Shown here piece after piece: positions 1 through 13,199 of a DNA stretch of 64,000 nucleotides. Below the pieces are notes generated by a model. That model did no database searches. It had not been told where the DNA came from and was given only the letters and a program-made list of their open reading frames with translations. The translations under genes and the position numbers were made by a program. The stretch spans positions 121,086,001 to 121,150,000 of the forward strand of contig NC_042999.1 of assembly GCF_006345805.1 (NCBI RefSeq). Direction: 5' to 3'. Source of the DNA: Octopus sinensis (Eukaryota). Each line of letters begins with the position of its first letter. The first letter of the stretch is position 1.

Positions 1-301
1 AATAGACGCTAAAGAGAGCCTCATGACAAATTTTTTTTTTCCATCTGGCAACGGTAATTTTAACTGAACGACTTGACTGTTTTAGAATGAAACAAGTATA
101 TGACACTGAATAGCAACAGTTTACTATAAAGATAAAAATATGATCTTATCAATATGAATACTTTATGTTCTTTCAAAACAAATAACATTAAGAACAATTT
201 ACTTTTGGGAGGAATAAAGTCTAAAAAGATATATAAATACTATGATACATATCATCGTTGTTAAGATAAGAACTGAGTGCTGTTATTGTTATAAGACTTA
301 C

Positions 302-388
302 CGACCAACTAAGCTTCTTGAGAAATGGTTTTGGATAAGCTGATCTTTATGCATATGAACATGAAATACGTCATGTAGTAATATATTT
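302..388 (-). CDS. Putative internal exon A of unidentified host gene (xNILLHDVFHVHMHKDQLIQNHFSRSLVG-R)
   Basis: Acceptor ...gttttgatatatag|, donor |gtaagt; 87 nt open; phase 2->2; joins exon B in frame (AG|A=Arg). Confidence 0.55.
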
Positions 389-2744
389 CTATATATCAAA
401 ACATTCAAAGCTATGAAGAAACTTTAAGATTAAAATCTGGAGTTAAAATCTGAAGATAGTGTCAAACCAGATATGGGATAAACAGAGGTCTGTTACTGGC
501 AAATCATGTAAATCAGTACAACGGACAACCAGTAACCAAACCTGCAAACGCATTAACCTTGTTTGCTAAGAAGGTGAATTCTTAGAAATCCTTCGGAACG
601 ACAATCAAAGCTCGTCAAAGAAGGGTGAAATAATTCGGTATAATCAATGGTCATCCAATACTGACTAGGTGTACCATAACAAGACTTCAAGTAGGCAAAG
701 ATGCATCACAGTCTGCAGCCCATTTGTTGCAGTGGCTTGCCTTCCTTACCCGCTGTTTACTACCAAAGAATGCTACGGCAAAGCCTACTATCACTTAAAT
801 CTCTTGCAAGTAGCCCTAATAAATCATATCAACTTGTTAAAAAGGCACTGGATAAATCGTCGCCCGGATAACGAAGATTACGTTGGCTGTTCCCCACTCC
901 AAGCAGAAACAAGAATTTTACTAGAATACAAGACAGAGGGCCTTTATCTTTGCCAATAGAATGTCAGGACACTACTAGAGAGAAGGAAAACAGGCCAATT
1001 AGAATAGTATACCACGTGTGGCTCTTGATCTGGAAAGATATAGCAACCCTTTGTGAGATAGGACAGCGAAAATATGGTACTATCAAAGACATGAGGCATA
1101 TATTCTTGATAATACCATATTTTGGCATTAAATGTTGTTTATAAACCACAGGCCTGGAAAGATGCTAGTATAGTCCCCAATCCCAAGAAGGATAGCACTA
1201 ATGAATGCCGTTACTATCAACATTTTTCTACACTTGCTGGAAAGAACCTTGCAAAAGTGTTGCTAAACAGGCTGTAAGAAAATCACAGTCCTTAGCCTGT
1301 AACTCAATGTGGATCCAAGGAAGGAAAAGTGCATCATTGATACATTATTCTGTCTCTGTTAGATCCAGTTAAAAGTATAGCAGAACAGAGCATTGTATGT
1401 GGTATTCACTGACGTTACGAAATTGTAACGAAAATATGATTGTCGGTTACTAAGTATGACGGTTATATATAACGATATGGTGCATCAGATTAATGAATGA
1501 AGAACAATATTAATTGCTTGTTGAGATGGCTATTTTATTTATGCCATTAGTATGATAGTCGTTACACTATAGAAAATACAACTTCTTCAAGTTGCAGTAT
1601 ACAAGTTATTTGTTGATCTCGAATCCATTACATAGGTGGTAGATTCATCTGTGAGACACTACTACAGAGAAAGAGAAAGAGTAAGAAAGTCAAGGCAGAT
1701 ACAAAGAGTAAGAGTTGTATTGTCCCTCGAACAAAAAGGGATTGTTCTCCATTGATACCGAACAGAAGGAAGAAGGATGAGAGAGAAACGTGCTCTTGGT
1801 AGGTGCCGAGTGACTAAAGAGATGCCCCGGTCTTTGGATGTGTATTTATATTATTCATAACTAAATATAAGGTCGAGCTAAACAAAGCGTTTTTCCTCTA
1901 CATCAATTTTGACCTATATCTGATTTTTCAAAGCTCAAGAAGTCAGCTTATTTTCATAAGTCTCCTAGTGCAAAAGGCTAGAACAATGGGCCGAGGAATT
2001 GTTGAAAACTGTGGATTCAGTTTTGAATCCTGGTTCAGAAATTTGGTAGTTGTTCTCTACAAAAGCATCCGATACAGTAAGCTAGGCTTCAGTCTAAGCT
2101 AGGTATTCAGGTTTGAATGTCATGAAAAATTTCTTCTTGTCATAAAGTCGCTTCATGGTGACATAGGGGCTTCATTTATGCTGCTGAAAATCAGCTCTAG
2201 GCAGCTTGATGTTTCAGTGGGAATCACACAGGACTGCGTGTTAGTGTTATCATTGTTTTCACTTCTACAAATTCTTAATGAGTTATTCTGCAACTCAGTT
2301 GAAAGTATAAACATAGAGACACGATCTGATTTTGATCTACTGGAGTTATCACACCATAAGGTATGTCTAAGAGCGCACATATCTTAGTGAGAGAAATGTT
2401 GATTACTGACAATTTTACCCTAGTCTTCAATAACGAAGAGGAATGCACCGTTTGTTGATGGTTTTTTAGTAGTGCTACTTCAAAGCTCCATCTGAATATC
2501 AACATCCTGAAGAGTAGTGTTAGATGAGAGAACCTGAAAACACCACCATCGAATTTTGGTAGCAGCAAGCTATCTTGCCTACCTGGACGTTACAATCAGA
2601 AACGATGGATGACTCGGCGAAAAACTAGATCGCAGGATAAATAAGATGAACTCGGCGTTCAGAAGTCTGAGGTTAAGAGAGCCCAAATGAAGCAACTGGC
2701 ACGTTAGAACGAAAGTGAAGTGCAAATCTATCGAGCAACAGTCT

Positions 2745-3064
2745 TGGCACTCTGTCGGTTACGACGACAAGTGTTTTAGTTGATCAAATCGACGGAATAG
2801 CCAGCTCGTGAAATCAACGTGCAAGTCGCTGAGTAATCCACAGACACGCATACCCTTAACGTAGTTCACAGGAAGATCAGCATGGCATAAAATGTAACAA
2901 GGTTGGCCCTTTAAATTACAGGTACAGCTCATTTTTGCCAGCTAAATTGTCTGGAGCATCGTGAAATAAAATATCTTGATGAAACACACGACGTGCCACC
3001 GGGAATAGAACTCACAACCTTACGATCGTGAGCCGAATACACCCAACCACTAAGCCACGCGCCT
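2745..3064 (-). mobile_element. tRNA-derived SINE (core M1 + tail T1)
   Basis: Minus-strand head aggcgcgtggcttagtggttggg...gagttctattcccgg with Pol III A/B-box-like motifs; homologous to 41250-41570. Confidence 0.85.
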
Positions 3065-3168
3065 AGGTTTCCCAAGCGGTCAACATCAAAGAACTAACTA
3101 GGCTCGACGTAGTTTAATTTCGATGATCGGACACGAACCGACGCATTTAATGTGATATGGCCGTAAAC
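3065..3168 (-). pseudogene. 5S rRNA pseudogene, 3'-truncated, fused to a SINE head
   Basis: Reverse complement gtttacggccatatcacattaaatgcgtcggttcgtgtccgatcatcgaaattaaactacgtcgagcctagttagttctttgatgttgaccgcttgggaa is colinear with metazoan 5S rRNA from nt 1 to about nt 100; many substitutions; 3' end missing. Confidence 0.85.
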
Positions 3169-3505
3169 AATAGTATTACCTACATATTATACGGATAGAA
3201 GACATGGAAGTTACACAATAATGAGAGACCTGATACACATCATGAACATTATCTGGCTTAGGTTCAGCAATGTCCTTATTCTAGAAAAAGTATATGGGAT
3301 ATATTTGTAAAACGAAACCAATGCTTGTTTACACTCGGTTCCAAAGACGATTACTATTTCCCCGTCGGCTAACGATACGAAAATTCAGGGTACACCACTT
3401 CTAATATACAATGATGTGGTTAAATCCAAATTGAAACGGGACATTGATCCTCAAAACAAGATCACAGTGTCTTTGTAAGAAACTTATTGATACCCTAACT
3501 TGTTA

Positions 3506-3548
<43 letters not shown>

Positions 3549-4239
3549 TATGGGAAGAGTCATCGTCGATATCGACGGACCTATTTGGTATCGATATCAT
3601 GGCCACCTCTTGTTTTCTGAGCATTTCTGTACCTATGCGTATTCTAATGACATTGTAAAATGAATATCCTTCTCTTTTTCTCTCTCTCACACACGCATAT
3701 ACACGTGTGCGTGTGCGTACATAAGCACATACACACACACACACATGACTCTCCATTTAAATGTCATATTGACATACACAGTAATGAAATATATAATTTT
3801 CAAATTCCTATATATTTGTTCTATCGTCATGACTTTCTTTTTCTACTAAAGCTACATTTCGGTCATCCTTCGTTTCAAAATTAGTGTCAAGTGCGCTAAA
3901 CGTACGTGTCTCTTGACTATTTAAGCACGTATCTTCCTCTACTTCCATGCATGAATATTATTTATACGTACCCTTGATACCACACTTTCAATCTGCAATC
4001 ATTTAGGATCTTAAAACACAAACGAATTAGTCCCATTCAACATCTTCACATTCAACTGCACCAGAACAAAACTACATTCGGTACACATATTTATGTTATC
4101 TTGCACTCCACTTTCAATATGCATAAGTAATTCACAGTATTTCCAGAATACTCGCAAATATCAAGCCTCACAATTATCTCTCAAGATGAATTCTATGGTA
4201 GTGTTTCAGCATTAATTCTCAATTACAATATTGTTACAC

Positions 4240-4375
4240 CTGCATTCCACAATACAGACGTTCTCTTTATTTCCAAAAAATACTTCAACACTGCTTATTT
4301 TCTTATGCTCCTCATAGTTCAGATCCAACCACTGAGTACTGTCACTTAAACATCTAGGAACGGTTAACGTTCTGC
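4240..4375 (-). CDS. Putative internal exon B of host gene (G-RTLTVPRCLSDSTQWLDLNYEEHKKISSVEVFFGNKENVCIVEC-R)
   Basis: Acceptor atttattttacatcttag|, donor AG|gtgtaa (weaker); 136 nt open; phase 1->2; lies within track ORF 4212..4427. Confidence 0.6.
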
Positions 4376-5799
4376 CTAAGATGTAAAATAAATCAATATA
4401 GCTGAATATCAAATATTCACATAGCAATATGATAAACTACTTGTATTTCTGTCACTACTACATTAGCTTCTTAGAAAACTGCATACGGCATTCATCTAAT
4501 CTATCCGTTGCGCCCAATCTTTTCCTCTCGTCAGTTCTACTGCTCATCAATCTTCAAACCCACGGTTAACATTTAGCACAATCCTTTATCATTTTCCATT
4601 GAAAATCAACGGTTAGGCTTGCGTGCATCCCCTATGTCACCTTTAACTTTTAGAAATAATTTTTAAAAGTATAACAGAATTATATTTCCAAAAATCGGAG
4701 CAGCACACTTGTTTTAATCAACCACTTGACTTAAAACTTATTTCATTGGATTCAAACTTAACTTATACTCAGTGGATTTAAACCATTATTTTTTTCTTTT
4801 GCCGTTTATAGATTGTAATGTTGCAGTAAAAGGAAAGCCATGTTTTCTACCTAACGTACTTAAGACTCTTGTGAACCTGACATTTTGCGTTAAAACCAAA
4901 CCCATATAGATGCCAGTGTGTGGAAATTATCACAGTTCAATTGACAAACATTAACAGCTTTTTATCACGAAGAGTGTAAATCTGTGTTAGTCGAAGAGTA
5001 AATCAGGACATTATGTTTACAAGATAATCTAATATTAACAAAGTCTTGGTTGCGCTCGTTGCCGTTTCAGTACATAGTTGAAGCTATTTCATTTTATTCA
5101 TATCAAATCGTATAAATCGCATTCATTTGTGATACATGCCAATGTTCATGATAAAATTGTACATGTGCTAGGATTAAACATTAATTTTCAGTTCTAAATC
5201 AGTTTAAATATATATGCTAAAAGATTCAAACTCTAGCTATAACAAAAAAAAAGACATTTTATACATCTTGGCTTTAGCTTTATGCAAATAAGAAATGCAA
5301 ATGTGCTACCTTCTTGCATTTCTCGCTAGTAACATAAACTGACATGACTGGAAATAAGGATTGCCAGGTCCACAGAAAGGGTACCTTTAGTCATTAAAAG
5401 TCTTTAGATGTATTCTGGAGAAACAGTAACTGCAATTCTTAACTGAGTATAATGTATCAAACGGCGATAAGGTCTTATGTATATTATATTACGAGTTGAA
5501 AAACTTGAATTAGCTGAAATTATCCACAAAACTGTTTAACTAAAACACCCTATAAAGACGTCTACAATCAAAGAACGATAAGTAAATAAGATAGCATAAT
5601 TTAATTTATAATTTTGAAAAGTATAGATTTAATGTTTAAGTTAACTGGTGGTAGCAAGGGCATGTTTCTGACTATTAGACTTCTTTAGTGAAGTGAAGCA
5701 TAATCAACTCAGTTGGCAAGACTTATCAAAATATATAAACATGGAAAGAATAAAGTGAGTTGATTGCAAAAATATCAACATTACGAAAAGAAATAAATG

Positions 5800-6050
5800 A
5801 ATGCGCCCTTTTAAAGCCTAGTCAGGCTCATGGGCCCGGTTTCCCGGTTTCAATAGCGTATGTGTTCGCCAGCTGGACGGGACGCCAGTCCATCGCAGCG
5901 TTACTCATTTTTGCCAGCTGAGTGGACTGGAGCAACGTGAAAGGAAGTGTTTTACTAAAGAAGACAACGCGTCGCCCGGTCCAGGAATCGAAACCACAAT
6001 CTTACGATCCATGATGCTGCCACCCTAACCACTAAGCCACGCGCCTCCAC
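5800..6050 (-). mobile_element. tRNA-derived SINE (core M1 + tail T2)
   Basis: Same head and M1 core as 2745-3064; 3' part homologous to 12558-12665. Confidence 0.85.
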
Positions 6051-6551
6051 ATCAACATTATGTCTGACGAAATAATCTAAGCCACAGGAGATTGCTCTGC
6101 ATAGTAATATTTAATTACGGTAGGGTCTTACACTTCAATATAGTTAGTTAAAAAGCTTTGAACAATTGACATTATTCGTACAGTTAGTAAAGTTTTTGAT
6201 ATCTAAAAATAACAGCAGAATAAATAACCCCAGTAATTCACTTAACCGAATTCTATGGAATATATAGAAAATAAAGAACAGTAGTCCTGGTCTTTAACCT
6301 AAGTGGAGAAAGCAATCAATGTATGCTGGTCTTATTAAACTACTCGAACACGAATGAAGCATATTTTTGGTAAGACTAATTATGATTACAATACAGAAAA
6401 TAAAATAGGTTTACTAACACCAATGAGGAATATCAGTAATATGGCTAAGTGGTAAGGGCAGAATGTCGTGGATAATTTATCTCTTTTATTATTCTTATTT
6501 ATAATCAGCAACAATACTAATTATTAATTACATTTGCTCTTTCACTCTGTC

Positions 6552-6633
<82 letters not shown>

Positions 6634-6655
6634 GTATATGTGTGTATGTATGTAT

Positions 6656-6695
<40 letters not shown>

Positions 6696-6709
6696 TTATA
6701 TAAACATGA

Positions 6710-6788
<79 letters not shown>

Positions 6789-7029
6789 TCATGAACGACT
6801 CTAAGATGCCTACACGCATATAAATGTACTTACGCACAATGCAGTGGGAATGAAGTTTGAGTAACTGTTAACATAATTTAATTCACTTTAAGGTATGGAT
6901 GACTTTACTTTCAACCTCCCCATTCTTATAAACACCAACTAGGTAGCTAACTCCCTTTGCGATCATGAGTGCACCAAGCCTCACTTGTGCGTATGCTCAC
7001 ATTTTTGCGGATATTTGTATGAAAGTGTG

Positions 7030-7405
7030 TACTCGCCCCATGCAGCTTGCCCGAGGGCATTTATACATCCGTATTTGTTAACGGTTATTTTTAATACTTT
7101 TCTCGTTGGATTGCCTGTTGGTTTCTCATTTTGCCATCAGTGATTTTATTTTTGATCTTCTATATAAATGAAGATATTTCCTCCATCTGGCTGCTTTTCT
7201 TTCTACAAAAGGGTAAGTTACATTGCAGAACAGGTATTTTAACGAGTTGTATTTATTTATCACCCGACGAGATACATCTGCACCGCCAGATGCTCCTGAA
7301 CCAGTTGGTGAGTGTCCCACCCATGAGGAATCGATGCCAGATGTGTCGAAACAATTGCGGTGATTAATAATAAATTCTCGTATATTCCATCTTCCGTCTT
7401 TCATT
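7030..7405 (+). mobile_element. Possible Penelope-like terminal-repeat remnant containing a dead hammerhead fold
   Basis: Moderate-GC island with cacc-CATGA...GAAAC-AATTG-C-ggtg topology at 7318-7362. Confidence 0.3.
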
Positions 7406-7485
<80 letters not shown>

Positions 7486-7975
7486 GGGTTTAGTTCACCG
7501 GTGATCTAAACGAATAGGTACGCTGATTAAGTGTTATAATTGGTCATTCAAGTTCACATCTGAGGTTGGGGCTAGGGATCTGTATTAGACTTCCGTATTA
7601 GCACGTAGATATTAGAGGGAAGGGACATAGAAACCAAAGCAGGACGAGTATCTCAAGTCATTTATAATAATTTAATTAGAGTAAGGTGAATTTGAAGTCT
7701 TACAGCTCTTTCTGTGATATCCCAAGTGATAGGCTAACGTCTTCGTACACTGGGTATTCCAGGTGAGTATGTATGAAAGTTCTAGATACAGAAATTCACA
7801 GTTTGTAAGGAATAATCTAGAAGAATAAAGACTAAAAGTAGATAGAAGAATACAAACAGAACAATAACGTTCACAGTTCATCTTTTTCCAATGGGTATGG
7901 AGGCCGGTCCGTACTTCTGTGTTTCTACTAAATATTAATCCTTATAACATATCCCCACGTGTGTGGGTATATATA

Positions 7976-8347
7976 CGGGTGTGGCTGTGTGGTAAGTAGC
8001 TTGTCTACCAACCACATGGTTCCGGGTTCAGTCCCACTGCGTGGCACCTTGGACAACCAAAGCCTTGTGTGTGGATTTGGTAGACGGAAACTGAAAGAAG
8101 TCCGTCGTATATATGTATATATATATGCGTGTGTGTTTGTGTGTCTGTGTTTGTCCCCTAGCATTGCTTGACAACCGATGCTGGAGTGTTTACGTCCCCG
8201 TCACTTAGTGTTCGGCAAAAGAGACCGATAGAATAAGTACTGGGCTTACAAAGAATAAGTCCCGGGGTCGATTTGCTCGACTAAAAAGGCGGTGCTCCAG
8301 CATGGCCGCAGTCAAATGACTGAAACAAGTAAAAGAGTAAAAGAGTA
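7976..8347 (+). mobile_element. Abundant tRNA-derived SINE with internal microsatellite and CR1/L2-type 3' tail
   Basis: Head gtggctgtgtggtaag...ccgggttcagtccc; tail ggcggtgctccagcatggccgcagtcaaatgactgaaacaagtaaaagagtaaaagag; homologous copies at 44661, 53081, 54341 and 61711. Confidence 0.9.
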
Positions 8348-9405
8348 TATATATATATATGCGTGTATGTATGTGTGTATGTATATATATGCATGTATGT
8401 ATGTATGTATGTATGTATGTACGTATGTATGTATGTATGTATGTATGTATGTATGTATATATGTGTGTGTGTGTGTCTGCGTGTTTGTATATCAGGGACG
8501 TGTCGTCTAGGTAGGCAAGGTAGACAGTACCTACATTGAATAAAATAGATCGAGAGCAACATTTTCCTTTTATGAAAAACTATGCACCTAATTCAATAAA
8601 ATTATGAAGGTTACTCTGATTACTATGCATAAAATGCAAAATATATGTATTTCGTTTGTAGATTAGGTAGGCATAATTCGACCCTGATTTTTAATCTCAT
8701 TATTAAAGCTACGCAGAGTACTGCTGTATTACATGTGGTGCGCACACTCCTACAACACCTTTTTCTTTACGTGCTAGAAAGGCACAAGTAAATCTACCTT
8801 CAACTCAGTTCTACGCCTGTGTTTCGCTTATATTTTTGTCCATTTTACTTCATAAAGGTCACCAACTGTCAGATAGAATGAATGGGGTGATAGAGAGGTA
8901 TAATAGTGTAAAAGTTAAAGGAGTGTCAGTTATGCAGTGATAGAGCCTAAGTGGTGGGACAGAGAGGGGTAGTAGTATGGTGGAATGAAGAATTTAGGAA
9001 TATAGACTCCTTCTATCTGACATTCCTTTACTCTTTACCTATCATCTTTTTACAGTCTAATATATTTCTCTCTCTACCACCCTCATCTCCCCGTTCCTAC
9101 TTTCAAGTTATCTTGACTGACCACTAACTGGTACACTTTCCCCTGTCTTCATTTCTTTATTATCTCTCTCCTTGTTTTTCTTTTTTCCTTTTTTTTTCTT
9201 TACATTATTCCTCTCTTCCTGTTTTTTCTTTTTTCTTTTTTCATTTTTTTCTTCTCTTTTTTCTCTTTTCTTTATTCCTCTCTTCCTGTTTTCGATTTGA
9301 CCTTACAAATACAATATCCCTGCATATCTCACACTTATTTTCATTCCTACACTTCATTCTCTATCGTATCTAAATTAACTATTGCTTAACCATTTTCTCA
9401 CACCA

Positions 9406-9451
9406 TCTCCGATGAAGGGATATAATAAATATCCTGGAAACAGCTGTAAGA
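9406..9451 (+). ncRNA. Degenerate minimal type-I hammerhead ribozyme motif (Penelope-type)
   Basis: tct-CCGATGA-A-GGGATAT aataa ATATCCT-G-GAAA-CAGCT-GTA-aga; palindromic stem III ACAGCTGT; U4C change and an extra G. Confidence 0.55.
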
Positions 9452-9981
9452 CTTTCTATTTATAAATGTTCTAAAATCTTCACAGCCTTGGGTTTTTTTA
9501 TCTCATTCTGGAATTTTTATATATATATATACATAGATATATACATACATACTCCAATTAAGATCCTTTGGATCTAGGTTAGAAACCGGTTCTTTCTCTA
9601 TTGGCAAGAAATCTTGAAATAATACTGAACAATGACATACGTACGTGAGGTATCCACTGTTACCGGATGGTAAACCAAGTTTTGCTTCTACTTATATTTA
9701 GAAAGACAGTGGTTAATCAGCTACTTACAACGCCAGTGCCGGATTAATCGCTAGTTTTCTATATACCATTACAAGCGAAATTTGTCCAAACACCCGGAAA
9801 CAGAAAATACCTGCTGATAATGACGCGTAAATACGAAGAAAATGCGTGATTTAGCCGTTCCACCGCCGATACTAGATATTCTATACTTTATAACGCAATG
9901 TTTGTACGAGATGATTTCTCAAGTTGAATACCGTAGTATTATCGCATTCTTAAAGTATATCCACGTTAAGCAGGACACACA

Positions 9982-10014
<33 letters not shown>

Positions 10015-10671
10015 CACACACACACACACATGCACATGCATATATATAAACAAATTATCAATATAAGACTTAATCTATTAAACAAAGTTCAATAAATTTC
10101 ATCGAGTAAATGAAATGAAGCAGATTAGATGTCACAATGATTATCCTTTTATTTCATATTCTCAGACAATTATTTCTGACAAAAAGGACCAAGATTTCCA
10201 TAAAGAGAACATCACAAAGGTCGAATTTATACTCTTCAGTAGGTGAGATTTGAAGGTAAGTAAACAAAAAAGACGTTTAAAATATACATTGAATCTTTTC
10301 TTAGTTATCATTATTATAGAGGTATTAGTATATTCATTCTTCCACTCACGATAATTTTAACCAAGACTAAAACATTAAACGTTCTGGCTGTTTAAATATC
10401 TAATAATTAATTCTTGTCTTCCTCACTATAAAATCCAATAAATGTCTATTCAAAAAACTCTCTAAAGAAAATACTAGTCAAGATGTATGTGAATGTAGAT
10501 TTAGAAATACCAAATAAGGAGCTATATGTTATTTCAAATTCAAATTTCTTAACCGTCATCTATCATACCTACTATGTTTTTAAGTAAATCGGAAGATAGA
10601 ACTACCAAGTGAGATTAATTAATAGTTTATATAGATATTTTATTTAAGTATTTCAGAAAAGTCAATCGTCG

Positions 10672-10972
10672 TGGCATTCTATTCGCTGCGACGACGATGG
10701 TTCCAGTTGACCCGATTAACGTAGTTCTTGGAGAGATTCAGTGTGACAAAGCTGGCCCTTTGAAATATAGGTACAACGGAAACAGGAAGAAAAAGTGAAA
10801 GAAAGTTGTGGGGAAAGAATACAGCAGGGTTCGCCACCACCCCCTGCTGGAGCCTCATGAAGCTTTAGGTGATTTTGGTCAATAAACATTCAGAACGTCC
10901 GGTCTGGAAATCAAAACCGCAATCCTCTGACTGTGAGAGCCCACTGCCCTAACCACTGGGCCATTGTGCCTC
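10672..10972 (-). mobile_element. tRNA-derived SINE (core M2 + tail T1)
   Basis: Tail homologous to 2745-2930; core homologous to 12665-12790. Confidence 0.8.
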
Positions 10973-11464
10973 TCCAGAAAAGTCAATGATCGCTAGACAA
11001 TATAGTTATTATATGTTGCATTAATTATCTAAAAGCAGCTAACTGAATTTAAAAGTATGAAACTTACGAAATACAAACTCCTGTAAAGTTATATTTAAAG
11101 GAGACCACTTACGTGATTGTCGTAAAATATAATAAGAGTAACACTGAACTATAATTCGCATTAAGAAAAGTTATTTAAAAAATAAAGATTATTATTTCCT
11201 CGATATATTTTGTTTACGGCGAAAATATTGTTGTTTTTCCTAAAGGGAAGAGCGAAAGAACTAATGGGATATATTTATAAGCAATGCAGAGGAGACAACA
11301 TTTGAAAAAAGCATATTTACTAGCTAAATTTTACTTCTAAATGCATATATACGTATACATATACTTATGTTTATACATGAAAGAGGGAGCATATTAAAAA
11401 TTATTCTCGAAAAACAATGTCTATTTCATGTACTAATAATGTATTCAAGATACATATATATACA

Positions 11465-11534
<70 letters not shown>

Positions 11535-12037
11535 GTAAATATATACACACACATACACGTACATATAGATATATATATATCCACACTGATGAATAAAAAC
11601 TATTTACATATACATAAACATACACACATATACATATATATTCATATACATAAATATACGTACACACGCATATACATATATATATTTAAGCATATATACA
11701 TAGACATGCACATACACATACATTTAAATAGATAAACCCGCATACATATATATCTCTATATATATACAAACATATATATATATATATATATATTCATACA
11801 TACTCATCCAAATACAGATAAATAAATATACAAGTAAAACATATACTCATACAGACAATACATCTTAAATATTATACAATGTTATTAAAGATAAATTCTA
11901 TAACGGTTACGGGGATATTAATATTAATATCCCTACAAATGGATGTACCAAGAGAAAAATTAATAATTTCCAAAAATATTAATAGACGAAATTTAATATA
12001 AAAGTATAGTTATACATATATACATACATATATATAT

Positions 12038-12083
<46 letters not shown>

Positions 12084-12557
12084 CACACATATTTTTTTAC
12101 TTGTATAAAACCATATACATACATATATATATATACACACACACACATACATATGCGCATATACATACATATACATATATAGATATATACCCACATACAT
12201 GTGCATATATACCTGTACATACATACACCTACATACATACATATAAAAAGCAAAAAAGGAAATATATCAGGTAAAAAAACAAAAAAGCAATTTAAGGCAA
12301 ATATATAATGTACATTAAATGAAAATATATAATGTACCTAAAAACAATACATTCTACATGCATAAATCCATAAATCCGGCTACATAGAAATTATATTTGT
12401 GTATTTGTCATTTGGATCCACACATACACCCCCCCCCCACCAAAAAAAAGGGGGCATATTTTATTTTTATATATGTGTATGGGCATATAAACATATATAC
12501 ACTATACAGGTAATGGATAGACATAACATACATATATATATATATAAAACGATAAAC

Positions 12558-12850
12558 GTCGCCCTTTTCAAGCCTAACCAGGCCCATGGGCCCAGTTTCC
12601 CGGTTTCAGTGGCGTATGTGTTCCCCCCAGCAGGACGGGACGCTAGTCCGTCGCAGCGTTACTCAAGAAACAGGAAGAGAGAGCGAGAGAAAGTTGTGGC
12701 GAAAGAGTACAACAGAGGTCACCACCACCCCCTGCTGGAACCTCGTAGAGTTTTTTAGGTGTTTTCGTTCAATAAACACACACAACGTTCGGTCAGGGAA
12801 TCGAAACCGCGAGTCCGCTCCCCTAACTACTGAGTCATTGCGCCTCCACT
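12558..12850 (-). mobile_element. tRNA-derived SINE (core M2 + tail T2)
   Basis: Tail homologous to 5800-5905; core homologous to 10775-10900. Confidence 0.8.
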
Positions 12851-13199
12851 ATACATATATATACATACAAATATCTTGTTTCTTATATCTAAGGTGTTAA
12901 TATCATATACATAGCTATTCTTTTTCATATCTAATAGGTTCATATAAGTTATTATGTGTACACTCATTTAGTTTTGTTATAATTCAATTAGTTAATTTTG
13001 GCTATTGAGCCATTATAGATTTATATGATTGAATTCTTCAATTGCATAGTTCAATTTAGCTATCATTATAGAATGTAATGTTATATCTATAGTTTAAAAA
13101 TTATGGTTATATTATTTTAAGATATATATTTAAGAAAACGTGTATGATGTTTAAGTGACACCATATCTCATCTATAAATCACTTAAGTCTAATAAAAGT

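Larger units (their letters stand above)
1060..3480 (+). mobile_element. Highly decayed RTE-clade LINE (RT and C-terminal region), interrupted by a 5S/SINE insert at 2745-3168
   Basis: Manual translation gives RTE-like motifs in order: PQAWKDASIV...LAGKNLAKVLLNRL (1143-1274), QCG-like and LYVVFTD (1300-1420), VSVGITQDCVL..LFSL (2210-), ILVREMLITD (degenerate LLFADD), YL..TIRNDG..RINKMNSAF, VQIYRATVL (to 2746), then VLPT/ILYG.KTW after 3168. Many stops and frameshifts. Confidence 0.75.

Noticed and set aside
2990-3064. Genuine tRNA genes at SINE heads (also 5980-6050, 61711-61780, 63138-63220)
   Set aside because: A/B-box-like motifs only; no complete cloverleaf; they continue into SINE bodies.
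3065-3168. Functional 5S rRNA gene
   Set aside because: 3'-truncated, internal control region mutated, no oligo-T terminator, not in an array.
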